Shown: piece after piece, positions 21,401-36,400 of the stretch
Position numbering within the stretch: the stretch's first letter is position 1
How the letters are laid out: every line of letters starts with the position of its first letter
DNA from: Girardia tigrina
Lineage: Eukaryota
NCBI GenBank assembly: GCA_001938485.1
Contig: MQRK01243661.1
Span: forward strand, 1 to 64,000
DNA length: 64,000 nt
Direction: 5' to 3'
Translations under genes and position numbers: made by a program
The notes under the pieces: model-generated
The model's database searches: none
Told to the model about the DNA's origin: nothing
What the model saw: the letters and a program-made list of their open reading frames with translations, nothing else

Positions 21401-24400
21401 ATTTTCTAATTCCATCGGTGAAAAATATTTCTGGTTTCGATGTAATTTCACACAATACTTACTTATTTGAATCGCTTACCAGCCAGAGTATGTTGTAGAG
21501 AGCGAAACAAATGAAAATCGGATGGAGCAATGTCTGGAGAAGACGCCGGATGCGGTAAAAATTTTATTTTTCGTCGCTTTCGCAACATGTAGTGTAGCGT
21601 TATCGGGGAGTAGGATGATTTCTTTCATCGAATGTCCATGTTGCGGCCGCAATTCTTTGATTTTTTCACTCAGTTTCAACAAATGTCCACTGTAGCGCTG
21701 TGCCGTGATTGTTTCTCCGGGTTTAAGTAACTCATAGTTGAGGACTCCCTTCATGTCCCACCATATACAGAGCAACAATTTCTTACTATGAAGATTAGGT
21801 TTTGGCGTTGAAGTTGAAGTTTGACCCGCATCTACCCATGATCTTTTACGCTGTGGGTTTTCGTAATACACCCATTTTTGTCCCCGGTGACAATTCTCCA
21901 CAAAAACGATTTACGGCAGTTACGTGAAAGAAGTGCAACGCACAAATTTAGTTTTTGTACAATATTTGCATGTGATAACTGGTGCGGAGACCAATGTCCA
22001 ACTTTCAAAACTTTTCCCATTGCCGTAAGTCTTCGTTGCACCGTTGATTGATCGATTTCGAGGATCTTAGCCATATCTCTTGTCACCAGGGTTAAATCCT
22101 CTTGAAGTAATGCCTCCAATTCAGAATCTTCAGTTTCTTTATGTCTTCCGTTTCTCTGTTTGTCCTCTAGGTCGTACTCACCATTTCTGAACTTCTTGAA
22201 CCACTTCTTGACCATGGCATATGAAACAGTATCAGCTCCATAGGCTTGCATAATTTGATCCAATGTTTCGGTGTTTTTTCCTAAATTAAACATGAAAAGC
22301 ATGCAATGTCGAAGATGAATTTTGTTCATTTTTGAACGTCTTAGAAAATACGAGCATTTATTTTTTAATCAATTAAATCAAAAAGTTATATTTCTTTTAT
22401 AATAAATGGAGGGATAAAAACTTATGCGTCAACCTAATAAAGTTTTGAACATTTATAAACAATTTAAATCTCTTAATGGTAAAAAGGAAAACTTTTCTTT
22501 TTCTTCTATCTTTCTCGATATAAGCTATATTCTAAAAATTTGGACGATCTGAGTCATTTCTTGGAACACTAATTTCGAGATCTCTTTCTCAATATATTGA
22601 TTGTTTTGGAATTTATCTAAATATTTAGTTTATTAACTCAAATGTTAATTCAAAGTAAAATTTTCTTTTAAAATATCTTTCTTAATCTTAATGCTTTTTT
22701 TCAGTTCTTTACACTGATATTAAAACAATGATCATAACCTCTAAAACGCATATTTAACCTTTCACATATGACTATAGAATAATTGAAAAGAAACTTAAAT
22801 TACTTTTATTGAATTACATTAATTACTATAAACCCGGTAAACGAAATCGTAAATAAATATAAAAATAGAATTTAATAATTTATGTAAATTCAAAAATTTT
22901 CTAAGATGTATTCTTCAGAATGTGCATCCTAAATGCGTTAGTATGGAAAGACTTACGTATGTGACTTCTTGTTTTCTTTTCTCACTGATAGTACTTATGA
23001 GCTTCCTTTTAAGTTAGATGGAATGGTTTAACTCAGCTCTTTTTGGTATGATGTTATAGAGTCACGAAAATCTTTTGAAGTAAATCAGGATCAATCTTGT
23101 TAACATGCCATAAATTACTTAGTAACCAAATCCAGGTTACGTTATGCAACAGGATATATTAAATAAGTGAACTTAATATTCAGAAATTGCTAGGTTTTTT
23201 GAGACAACATTCGCTAAATGAAAAGATCCCTTAGAATCCGAAATAACTCATAGAGTATACGAGTATTTGATCTCTCATGTGAAGAAAATCAATTCTTCCT
23301 TCACGCTGAAGTATTCTAAAAATGGTAATCCATTTAATGAGAATATAGAAAAAAATGGATGTAATCTTACAAGAAGTGCTCAGAATAAATGTTAATGAAG
23401 AGCTTTAAGTATAATTTAAAAAGGATATCAGCTCTTTTGTCTCCACAAATATATCTCGTAATTATATAATTTACGGAATATTACTAGAAAGTTTTTTTTG
23501 CATTTCCATACTTATACCTCGATGAAAGATATTTCAACACGGTTTCCAGGTTAAACCTAAATAAATTTAAACATAATATTGAAAATTTATTATCAAAGTA
23601 TCAGATTCATTTCTACCCCTAAAAAGCATTATTTTTTCTTTGTTGATTTCATGTAATATTTATTAAATTTTATTTTCTTTCGTTTTAATTTGAATTTCAT
23701 TAATAAATATATTAAACTTAACAAGTGTTTTTTATATATTTTTTTCACTTTTCACCGTGCTACAGCTGGAAATCAGTTAAACACATATTTGAAGTTGATG
23801 AATTTGCTAAGATAAGTAGGGGTTCTAAGAAAAACTGGAAAACATGGCAAGTGGTCTACAAGACAAAAAGTTTAAGAATCTTTGTTTTAGAGTCTTAAAA
23901 GATATATGTTTCAAAATTTTGTTTAGTCGAAGATGATTAATTTTACGAGGAGAGTATTATAGAGCTTTTTATATGATAGTTGCATATCATAGATAAAAAT
24001 ACTTCAAATTTATCTTTGTAATTTCTTGCCTAATAACAGTAAATTATTTTTTAGCCAACCCAATATTGCATAAAAAGCTGCACAATGTACGGTTTATCCG
24101 TCCTTGGTTTGTAAATTTAATGTGGAGTTCAAAAATTTAGTGACATAAAATTATGCTAGGATCTTATAGGAAACTGATTTTGTAAAATATATATGTGAAT
24201 AATCAATATTCATAAATGTAATAATATGCTCACGGATATAATTCAAGTGAAAATTATATTGAGTAAAAAGTTATTTGTTGAAAGTAATTTTTATATATAT
24301 CGACCAATCATCTTGCTATTAAATAAATAGTTATTTATGAATTAAAAACGATTTAATTATTTATATAGTTCTACACATAATTTATTCATTATTCATTTGC

Positions 24401-27400
24401 TTTTATACAAAAAATTGATTAAACAATGATTAGAATAATTACTTAAATTATTGTTTTAAATAATATATGAATAGAAAAGTCTTGTTTTGAAAAATAAATA
24501 GTCTTTGTGAACGCTAATTTGATATTATTCACAGAAATTTATAAATTAATTAAAGCTTTTTTTGAGTAATGGTATCATACTTCATACTTATAATGGCACT
24601 AGAATAAATAAAACAAAAACTCATTTCTTAATGTTTCCATTAATCCAAACCAATCCGTCATTATTTAAGTATTTTCAGATGACTAATTGAAAATTTCAAA
24701 TTTAATTCATTTATATGACAAAATGTTATTACATAATATTACTCAATTATTCTTGTTTAATTTTCATGTGGGGATTAACTTTGAACATTTAATCATCGAT
24801 AAAAGTAGAGGTTCCAATCCCGATATGCTGAGGATTCCGCGGGATTGAAATCCCGGGAAAACGAGGTCGGGATCCCCGGATTCAGAATTTATTTACCTTT
24901 CTCAAAAATTTAAATTACTCGATAATAAGTGAATTAAAAGGAAGTCAATAAAAAGATAAAAATTTCATTACGGTATTTTCAAATCTAATATTTGAAAAAA
25001 TGATGTAATTTTATTAAAAAAATGATTTTAGTATATGAAAAAATTATTTAAATTTAAAAAAGATTTTAGTTTATGGAGCGCTCATTTTTGACCACAAAGC
25101 GATTTTACAGTGCCCTCATTTTAAGACAATAGTTTCTATCGACTTGAATTTTTGATACTTTATAATTTCGATAGGTATTAACAATATTTATATGAGCTTG
25201 AAAAAATTCGTTATTTGATTACACCTAACCGGTGCGATTAAATTAAATTAAATAGATATTAACAATATTGTTATGAGCTTGAAAAAATTAAGTTATTAGG
25301 ATTTATTGTCTTAAATAAGGTTCAGTTTAAAATTGCCTTGCAGTCCAAAGTGACCGCTCCGGCATTCTAGTGTTAATTTGTGAAATAATAATTTTAGTTT
25401 ATGAAAAAAAGATTTGTCTCTAAGAAAATGATTACATAATACAGAATCACGTAATTCCAAGATCCCGGGATTGGAAAAATACCGGGATTTAGAACCCCTA
25501 GTTAAAAGTGCATTATAAAAAACGCTTCAGTGATTATCCTTTTGTAATTTTATTTTTTTTACATAAAGTTTGAACACTCTATCTATTATGATCTAGCATG
25601 TATCAAAATGCAATTGATGGTTTAATATGGAGTTCTTTCCACTTGTCTAATTCCATTTCGAAAATTTTTGAATGTTAAATTAAATGTAATTTAATTAAAG
25701 AATAAGGCAAAAAGTTTTTAAATTAAATCGTGATACGTAATATCCGGTTTCTATATAAATGAATCCAATTCGAAATGTTCAATCAGTCAACTGAAAATGT
25801 CTAAATGATACCGAAAAATAGAAAATTATTGAATGTCAGAAATAAGACATGATTTTTTTATTCATTCGTTAGATCGTAAATTTATTTTCATTTGTCTACG
25901 ACATTCTTTATAAAACTTATAATTCCGATGAAACTGAACAAAATGATTTTAAAACCTAAATTGGTTTTGACGTAACTTTTGTAATCATGAACGAGTAAGT
26001 TAACTGACACTTTATCACGTGCCGATGAAAACATTTGACATTACTTTTGGTGATAACTTATATTTTGTTATTGTGGTAAGCAATATATTGCAGTTTATTT
26101 TTATAATTCAAAACCAAAAATCCTGCATATAAGGATTAAAAGAAATCGGAATTAGATTTATTGTAACTTGCTAATAATTATCGACGATATGTGACGGTTT
26201 TGGGTAATGTTATCAAACATTTGTTGTGGTATTTCTTTCCGTAAAAGAATATCTTGTATTTTTAATTCTTTGTTCTTTACAATGAAAAATAATATATTTA
26301 TTTACCTATTTAATTGTGATTTTATGGTGTTAATCTAAGTATAGTAAATTTATCAAAGAAATAAAATAATCTTAATTTTAAAAACTTTAAATAAAAGTAG
26401 ATAAAAACAAAATTTGTAGTAAATTTGTATAATTTTTTCGCGTTTTTAAATTTAATAAATCCCACTCATGAAAAAGCTTTTTAAGCATAAGAGATTATGC
26501 GTTCAAAGTTATGATAAATATTCCTACTCAAGGCTCATAAACAATTCCTGATATCACTTGATTTATATATTAGTAAATATATTAGTGAAATATTAGTGAA
26601 TCAACAATTACACCAAAAACTAAAGTCTTGTAACAACTTGCTATATTACTGATGTAAAATTAATTAATATTGATTCTTTGTATCAATATTATCCAGTAAT
26701 TTATCGGAGCTTGGACTTTGTTGTATAGTAAATATCGTTGTATCATTTTAACCAGAAAGCCGTGATTCTTATTTGCACAAATCTAGTTTTTTCTATCAGA
26801 CCTTACACGCGAGGTTTAAGACTGAGGTTTATGAAAAAGATCCAGGAAACACAAAGCATTGTCATTGATACTTATATAAGTATTATTTATAGAGTTATCT
26901 TGAGATAAAGTTTAATAGTCTGTATGGATAATATGTCTGTATGATATGGGAAAACACGTCATACAAATTTTGCCCAATGAAAACTTTTTTGAGTTTCGTT
27001 TTTTAAATATTTAAAAAAATATTATAATATAATTTTCATTTCTGATGACGGTTTGACGTTTTATAACCAATTTATTACTTCCAAGAAGCAAAAAAGAATA
27101 TTAAATATTTCCCCAAGTATAATACTGTCTCGTTCATTTTTGTCCAAAAATAGTAACAGTTTATGTTCTTTAAATTAGTTCACAAAAAGTACAATTCCTG
27201 ATTATCATATGATATTATTCTAACCGTTTTTATTTCATTTATTCGATGAATAAGAAAGAAATAACACGATGAAAGTTCAAGGGTCTGGAGTGAATTTACA
27301 AAACGAGGACTGGGAGAAATAATATGTTATGATATTTTGTAAATCAAAAATTCTTTATTTATCTTTTATGATGAAACATGGCCAAGTATTTTTTTATGAT

Positions 27401-30400
27401 GAATAATCTTATTATGTAATACGGTCGTATGCGTTGTTATGAGACTTAACACAATGTTTATAATCATTATTTAAACACAATTCAGATCATCTTTGGGAGA
27501 ATTCGTAGTAAAGCTTTCGTACAAAGACATGGTTCTTAATTAAAATATAAGAGTATCTTATTAGCTCTTATTCGAAGAAAGTTTTATAATTCATTTTAAT
27601 AATAATTCAAAAACATACTATATTAATTTAATTTTTCTGAATAATAATAATAATTCATCTTTAGAATTACTGAAATTCTATTTTAAAAAATAATTATTAT
27701 AAGTTAAAATTCTAAATTTCAAATTCCTTTCGAACAACCTGAAACACAAACAACTCAAAAAGACATCATTCAACTTTCTGGATAGGAGACAATTCAAAAA
27801 CGAAAAGCAATATACGAGACTGCAATACACATTGCATCATTCAAAATATTTCTCACAATAGTATCAGTATATTTCGACGAAAATTATTTTTTATTTATTT
27901 CTCGCGGCACATTAAAAAGAGAGATTTAGATTATTGAGAATAGGACTTATGTCGGCCTTATAACACATTATAAAACAGATATAGTATTAATATATATACA
28001 TATATATGAATCTACAATCTCAAGAAAATATCACTTAATTAATTTCATTATATGACAATATTTAATTAAAAAATAATTATAAACATTAAATTAATTAAAA
28101 ATAGTACCAAATTACCATTAGATTTACTTACCGATAATTTGATGAAATTTCTACAAAAAAATATAAAAAGAATAAAATTTAAAAGAGATAATTTTTTTTA
28201 GGGAAAATAATTATATCAAAATCCTTCTAATCTAATATTTACACTGAACGTAATGTTTTAACATTCTACTTTATTTGAATCAAGTTCAAAAACCAAGTAT
28301 AAAATACATTCCAAAATATATATTAGTATAATGTTCTTATGAACATGTCATCTTTGATTTCATTCAAGTACAACAAATCGCAGATTAATTGAAATACGAG
28401 AAGCCACCTCCATACATTTGACGGCATTGGAAAGATCTAGTGTAGCGACCACTTATAATTAAATAAAAAATCTAATAAGAAAGAAAATCTTTATTAACAT
28501 AAAAATACTAATATTAGTATTTACATCAAAAATTACATATTTTACTTTAATAAAAAAATTAATGTTACTAAAAATGTCAAAAACAATATTGTTTAAATAA
28601 TATCATGGAACACTTTTCAAATAAACGAATTTTTTTCTGTTATGATCTTTATTTAATCTTTTAACGAAAATAAACATTTCTTACAATACCATCAAGCGCT
28701 ATTGTCATTATTTAACACGAAATGTCAACAACAGCAACAATGAGTCACCATAACAGACAATTCATTACACTGAAACAACCGGGTTGTCAAGAGACGCCGA
28801 CCATTCTCGTCATCGGCAGTCAACAGAATTCTCTGGTCGGTAATAAATGTACAGTGGTCACATTCCTTAACGACCACAATGACCGATGTACCGTATTCAG
28901 AAATTCGGTCCGCATCGTGCGCGGGTGTGATGGCGGTCCCTACAACATTCAAACGCCATCAAAATACGGTAACGATGCGGCATTGATGTCAGAGCACGTG
29001 GACACCCTGATCCGATCGGCGTGCTTTAGGCCGACCTCGTCTAGTAAATAGTTTCAACTTGTAATGAACGAAAGACCACAAAAAAAGGAAAAACCATTTG
29101 TATAATACTGATGGCTAGGTATCAAAAACAGTAATTTCTTCATCGAATTGTGATTGGTGATAAAGTTTATATATTAAAAAAATTCTAAGCATCAAAAGTC
29201 ATGTATAAAGCTGTGGGATCCATCTATATTGACTGCAAGGACAAATTGGTATAGACGGATAATAATGCTGTGTTCGATGAGATAAGAAGAGTGTAATATG
29301 TACTAAAACCTGAAAAGACTGCTAATACTGAACGTTTCCGATTACAAATGATCGGCTTGAATCAATCTTTGCTTGAAAAGCTATCAGAATATCAAATAAG
29401 GCTTCGTCGTTTTATATGTCCCATGGAGAACTGCCACAAAACTTATAAAGCTAATGGATGGCTACAACGGCATTTATTAATTGATCATCGAATCCAATCC
29501 TACGAACATCCAAGTAGTACAAAGAGAAGAAACAGAAAGACGTATTGGGCCTTTAAACTTGAATGCGGAACACGATATACCAGTGTCTGTCGGTGTAATT
29601 GATGAGGACTGTCCAAGAGTAATCCCTAGTGTGGTGCTGAATTTTCGGTTGGATAATATAACGGATAATGGAATGTTTCATTGCCCATTTCCCCGTTGCA
29701 CTAAGTGCTTTTATACAGCCATAAGTCTCCAGAATCACGGAACGAAAGAACACGACTGGTCATTTCTCAGATGGAAGCCGAAGCGTGCCTGTGCATTGAA
29801 AGCTCGTACTCTTGCATCTGAAGCCGTAAGACAAGATCAGAAAACATTGTATTTGTCAAATGGTTTCTTCCCGATACAGAGTCTACGGCATTCACCCTGG
29901 TTGCCAATGCTGAGTATTATTTTTAATACACAGTTATCCGTAACAGTCGGGGAGGCTTAGGCTTATAAATAAGGCTTCATAAAATGAGGTTGCTTTATGA
30001 TAATATACATTTCACTCAAAAACTGATGAGAGACAATTGAAAAGCTTAACTAGAAATTTAAAAGATTTGTTCTTCGTTTATTTTTCACTATTTTTCATCG
30101 ATGGGATGCGCATTGGTTGAGCAGCGCTTCACTTAAAAAATATATGAAAATTACTCGATTACTTATTTACCTCAAAAGAGCAACACGTTTTTTGGGCTGA
30201 TCACAGGTATGTCACAACAATGGACAATACTTCAAATAAAATATTTTTATATAATAAACGTGTATTGTATGTACAACAAAATATCATGGTATAATAATGT
30301 AGATTGCTTATCTAAAATAAATAAAACTCGTGTTCAGTCACGTTCAATTTTTTTTAATTTGTTCTCAATTCATTCTGTAAAAACAACACCAATAAATAGT

Positions 30401-33400
30401 ACGAATAAAAGACAAATCCAATTTTACAATAAAATATTCAAAGAAATAAAATTTTAAGAACTCGAATTTAAGACGGATCTTGTTTTATAATGTATTTTCT
30501 GTGATATGGTAGCTCCTTGTGAACTAATAGTGAGCTTATATTATAAAATTAATATTTTCTTGATGACCTTGCGATAAAAAATAATTTAATTAAAGATTTT
30601 GTTTTAAAAATTGATTATGTTTCAGAATTTCGTACTTCATCATCTGCAATTATAATTTAATATTTGTTTTAATGTTATTTTTTTTTAAAAAAAGTTAGTC
30701 TTAAGAGTGATTTTAATTTATTTTAATTAAGATATTATTGGATAATAATGGCAATATGTTTATAGAATTTAATTTAAGATTTTAAGATTTGAAACGGATT
30801 TTCTATGTCCATGTTGAATGTCTATTAATGGTATGAGGAGTTAGTTAATTTTCTTTTCGGAATCATGTAATCCAAATAGGAAATCGTTGTCCTCTGTCTG
30901 TTGGACAGATATTTTAAAGATAAGTAAAAAGCAGATGATCAGCAATAATTTCTTATAAAAATCGATTAAGATAAGCATTCAATCGGTCATAATTCTTCTA
31001 TGAAGACCTGACAGAGGTGGGCCGGTACCTGATGAAGGACAACATACCTGAAGTCTTCTTTGAGAATATAGAAAAACTCGCAATGAGGATTTTAAAACCC
31101 ATTTAAAAAACCCTAACCGAAGCATTATTGTTGCATTGTTGTAATGATATAGATATAAAAAACACAGCGCGGTTAAACACGGTTAAAGGAAAAGAGGAGA
31201 TAAACGACAAGATAAAGGCAGTCCATGACAAGATAAATATTTAAAGACTATGCAACGAATGCTAAGACATTAGAACACCTTTGTGAATTGAACAAAAACA
31301 AGTTATTATGGATAACATTTGTAAAAATGAATGATGTTTTAAGGACATCACCGATTATAGGAATCTTAGAATTTGAGAAAGAATTTATTTTGGACAATAT
31401 TAAAGCGGTATTATGCCAGAGAGACAAGAACGGACGCGAGAGGTTTATTGCATATGATCAATTACAAGAAAGAGTACTGCTTAACTAGGAAAGAGATGGC
31501 TATATGTTATTTTTGGGTTTTAGTGTCTTATGGGCCCATTAAAACTGTTTCAAATTCTAAAATCTTTAATTAAATTTTAAAAACATTTTGACAATATCAT
31601 CCAATAATATCTAAAATAATTAAAATAAATCGAAAAATCATTCCTTTAAAACTAACATTAAAAACAGCAAATTTAAAATTATAAATTCTGATGATGGAAT
31701 ACAAAATTCCGAAACATGTTCAATAATCAATTTCTTAAAAAAAGCTTTTACAAAATTATTTTCATGTATGTATATATATATAAATTGATGAATCTCTTAT
31801 AAAACAACTTGTATCCGGAGACGGTTTCAATTTAATTGCAACTGAACATTGGGAAATGAAATCAGCACATTGTTAATAAATAAAAGTATGCGTGTTTTCC
31901 CAGAATAACCTAATATCCAGCAGATGGTGTTATTTACCAATTAGACGACTTCTTTATCGATTTTCATTTGAAAATAGTGAAAATGCAATTGATATATCAA
32001 TCTGTATTGAAATGTATATTTATATATGCATTGGTGAACTAGCATCTAATTGATCACGAATTTGCTTTCTCTTCGTTTCGATAGATTTGTTATTAGTTAT
32101 CAGATGTAAATTGTGATTAATATCAGTAATTTGTTACCAAACATCGTTTTTATATATTATACATTTTGATGAAAATAAATGTTTCCTTTGATTTTTTTTA
32201 ATATGTAACTTGAATAATTTAACATTTGCACTTTCTCAACTTCTGCAAGTACCAAAATGCATTTTAAAATTGTTTATTTTTGTTTTTTACTAATAAATGT
32301 AAATTAATTGTTTTATTTTCGTCATATCAGGAACTTTAGAGAGAATAAATAAAAAAATCCTTCATTTCCAATAATGTATAATATACCCTGTCTTTTCCAT
32401 CGATGAAGTCAGCTGCTGCTGCTTAAGTCAATAATTGAAGGAAGATAATATTCTGTGTTTGTAGTATTCGACACGAACGTGTTGACATTGTAAGAAATTA
32501 GTTTTTTAAAGTAATTTACGACAAAGGTAATGCTAATAAATACATTTGAAATCAGATGGCAATTGGTCCTAATATAAGTTTATGGCAACATTTACCTATA
32601 TTAAGATGATATTCAAATTTTCTCTTTCTGGACAAAGTTTTCAAACATCCAATGCATTAAATTTTGCGGAGATTGTGTCGAGATTGAGGTACTCCATGTG
32701 ATTCGATATTCTTTTTTATTTCTTACAATTCATTTTTCAAAGACTTTACAGTTTCTACTTTCTTTATTAAAGAAACAAATTAAATTAATTAATAAAAATC
32801 GTAGCCTCAAAAATCCCATCTTATAGTAACCAAATATTAAATAAATACAAATATATTAATACCGGATTGAGTCATTTATTTAAAACCAAAACCAATTTTT
32901 AAATTTAGATGTGTTCTTGCAAATTGTTACGTCTTAAAAATATTGTTTCGTGGCCAGACCTGATTCTTATTGAATTTACAATGTACATAATAATGCAAAA
33001 ATAATATAAACTTCAAATATATTAATATATTTTTACTTGTTTTATTATCGCAATTTTAACATTCGCAATATGGTAATAAAAGATACATAATGTTATCTAA
33101 AGGTCAAAAGTTACGTGTGATAACGTAAATATAGATATTCATTCAATTCTAATTGTTCGATTCATATTATTCATAAAAATGTTGATTTTAATGATTTAAT
33201 AGTAAACATGATTTGCGCTTTGGTTTTGTTTGTTTTAGATTACACCATGTCGTTTAATTAACGTATTGTAAATGAATTGTACGGTTACTGTAGAAGCTAT
33301 ATAGAACACATCAAACAATCTTTTAAGACCATTTTATTTTGTGAAATAGTTCAAAAATCATTAATTCTCATGATTAACTTTTTATGATCATTCAATTATA

Positions 33401-36400
33401 ATAAATCAATGCTTTTGAAATTCCTTAAAAATTTAATGAAAAATTTAAATTAAATATTAAATATATATATTTTCATTATTTTTTACTTTTTGTCATTTTA
33501 GCTAATGGAAATGTATTATTTGATTCTCTTTTAACTTGAAAAGTTAGAAAAACTAAATAAATACACTAATCACTCGATTTATGCGGTTGATACGTTCCAT
33601 GAAAAATCGCGTAGAGTGAAACGCAGAATCCATGCTAAAACGATTTGTTCTCAAAAACTAAAAATCGCGTAAGGAACTCATTGAAAACCAAAGATACGTT
33701 CCAAAATCTGCTTAAACTGAAATTATAAGTTCATGCTAACTACAAAGATTGGAATTTTTAAAGATTTTGAAGACAGTAAACATACAGTTTCTTTATCGTG
33801 TATTTTTACAGATTATTACGAATATGAAGTTTTTGATAACGCATAAACTACTAAGTTTTAATTAATTAAAAAATCAACTGCTCTAATTATCAAATCCAGG
33901 ATAATTTTGTCGTAACTGGTTCTACATCACTGTCACATGAAATAGATTGGGCACTCTCAATTTTATTTCTGGTAATAGATTCCTTTTTAGTCTTGTCTGT
34001 AACGCTTGTTATTAATTGCTATTTTTATTTTTGGTAAATTCTTTAAAAAATTCGTCACACTAAACACTAGATTTGTACGGTTCTCGGATCGATATGTAAA
34101 ATTTAGTTTACACATTTTCTGACAAATTGAAGTCTTCTCAAAGGCTTTTGCAGTGAATGTATTTACCTCATTAAGTTCGGTGCAAGAAGCAGTTTCCGGA
34201 TCAGGTGTCGATTCACTTACTAAATTTATGAATTCATCATCATCTATTTCCTGTTCTGCAAATGATTCTCTTACATCGTCAACAGTCAAATCAATAAGTT
34301 CATCTCCTATAAATTCGCGAGACAAACCTATAAGACCTGAAATGTCTGTATCCATTTTCTAAATTATTTTATTTCTTCTAAAAAACGTTTTTGGGTTGAT
34401 AAACTAATTTCGGCAAATGCGAAAGCAAAACATTTCATGTAATTTGAAATCTTAATTGCTTTTCCAACTTTTAATAACAGTTAATTCGTAATTTTCATCT
34501 ATTTTGTTTAATATGTATTCCAAGAAGTGGTGTCAGCAGGAATGTATACGACTACAAATTTTTGTTTTTTTAAAGAATCGTGTATTATGATTGCCCCATA
34601 TACCGAGTCCGAACGAATCGATGCCATGCAAAACGAAAGGCAGAGTTCGTACAAAATTGGAGAATTTCTTCGCTTAAAAATACAAACCATATGAATTGAG
34701 GGATAAGTGTTAATCATTCTTTTGCAACACGAGGCTCCGAGTATCAATAAATTTGTATTTATTTAACCCCTTTACCGTGTGTCACGAGTTAACTCGTCAT
34801 ATGAAACCTTGGACTTAACCCCAAAAATTCTTCTTTATATTTACCTCATAAATTCTAAATGTCAACTCATTTTCACTCACAATGATGTTTTATTTTGTCA
34901 GGACAACATAACAAATCAAATAAAGAAAAAAGAAAGAAAACAATTACACAGTTTCCAAAAAAAATTTTTTTTCCATGGTAAAGGGGTTAATATTTGATTA
35001 CTATAAGATGAGGTTATTGAGACTATGAATTTTATTATCTTATTTCCAGTTCTTGAAATTTTGTCTATTTTATTTTTTGTTTTTTTTAACTCAAGTTATT
35101 TTGTAGCGTATGAAAATAAATTTGTTTGCATTAACAACAAACAATAAATTGCAATATTCTCATTTAACAAATTCATTTGAAAATAGAACAACTAGCTCTA
35201 CCAGTGGCGATATTCCAATAATGACCACATGCAATTATACAAATATTTCGGATTTGCGTTTTGCCAATTATTACGAAAATAATTTGTTGCAATTTCAAAT
35301 TATGTTCTTAAAATGTATTTTTATAATTAGTTATTTATTGTGGCTTTTTTAATTTATTTGAAGATCGTTCTTATATGTAATCATTGTTCAATTGTAATTT
35401 GTACCAATAAAAGAAAAAAAGCAGGCCAAAATGGTTGAATATTAATATTAAATAATGTAATCGGCCAAATAAGGTCCTCTCATTTCTTAAATGTTTAATA
35501 AAAAAAACAAATTTGCTATTTATTTAATTAATTTAAATAAATATTTAATAAAAAACTTTTAGAAGTGAGAAAGCCTTATTTTGGATATTAATTAATGGGT
35601 TTTAGTGTCTTTTCAATAATGATTCACATTTTGGCAGTTTGTTTTGGGAATTGAAACACTTCAATAGAACATAAAACTTTTTTTGGATTACATTACATTA
35701 TATTTTTACAAAGTAACCAATGATCAAGAACCTGACTCGATCGACTCGACTGCGAATTCGAAATAATCCGGATTTTCAGATGACGATTTGTCTTAAACGT
35801 TATTGAATAGTAGAGCATCATTTGAGATATAAAAGTAATCATATATAAAGACAACGGGTAGAAGTCTATATAACACGGAACAGAGTTTTCGTGAAGAAAA
35901 ATTAAGAGGTGGTATGAAAAGGGGCTTAGTTCGAAGATTTTGAGATTTGTCTTGCAAATTTCAAATATTCTTAAAGAATGCTTGAGGGACAACATGCATA
36001 CAAACAAACAGATGAGGAAATGTTTGAAATGATTTTGTTATTTTCTCTCATTATTATGCATACTTCTACATGCAAATGTGGAATATTGTGCTGTTGATGA
36101 AATTCTATTTGGAATCAATTTAAATGTTTTGTTCTGATTTTAAAGAAAAATTTTAATCAACAGACAACAATTTATCAATATGCACGATTCTGGAATGTAT
36201 TTGAAATGTTTTTCAATGTAAATATATGAAAGTTACATTGGATATATTTTGTACTAAATCTCGGTGTAAGAAGGGATTAAAGTAAGAAATTGTTAAATGA
36301 TGCAAACAAAATATTATTATACCATATTGTGAAGAATTTAAAGCATTTAAGAAGAGTATATGCAAAAATATATGGAGTGCCACAGTGGTTGCGATGGCAC

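Noticed and set aside
28722-29051. GC-richer 109-aa ORF, faintly like an R2/NeSL CCHC region
   Set aside because: No complete motif; cannot support a call
30022-31060. Further CTGATGA hammerhead candidates at ~30023 and ~31029
   Set aside because: Helix II/III or GAAA-NUH elements are not convincingly formed
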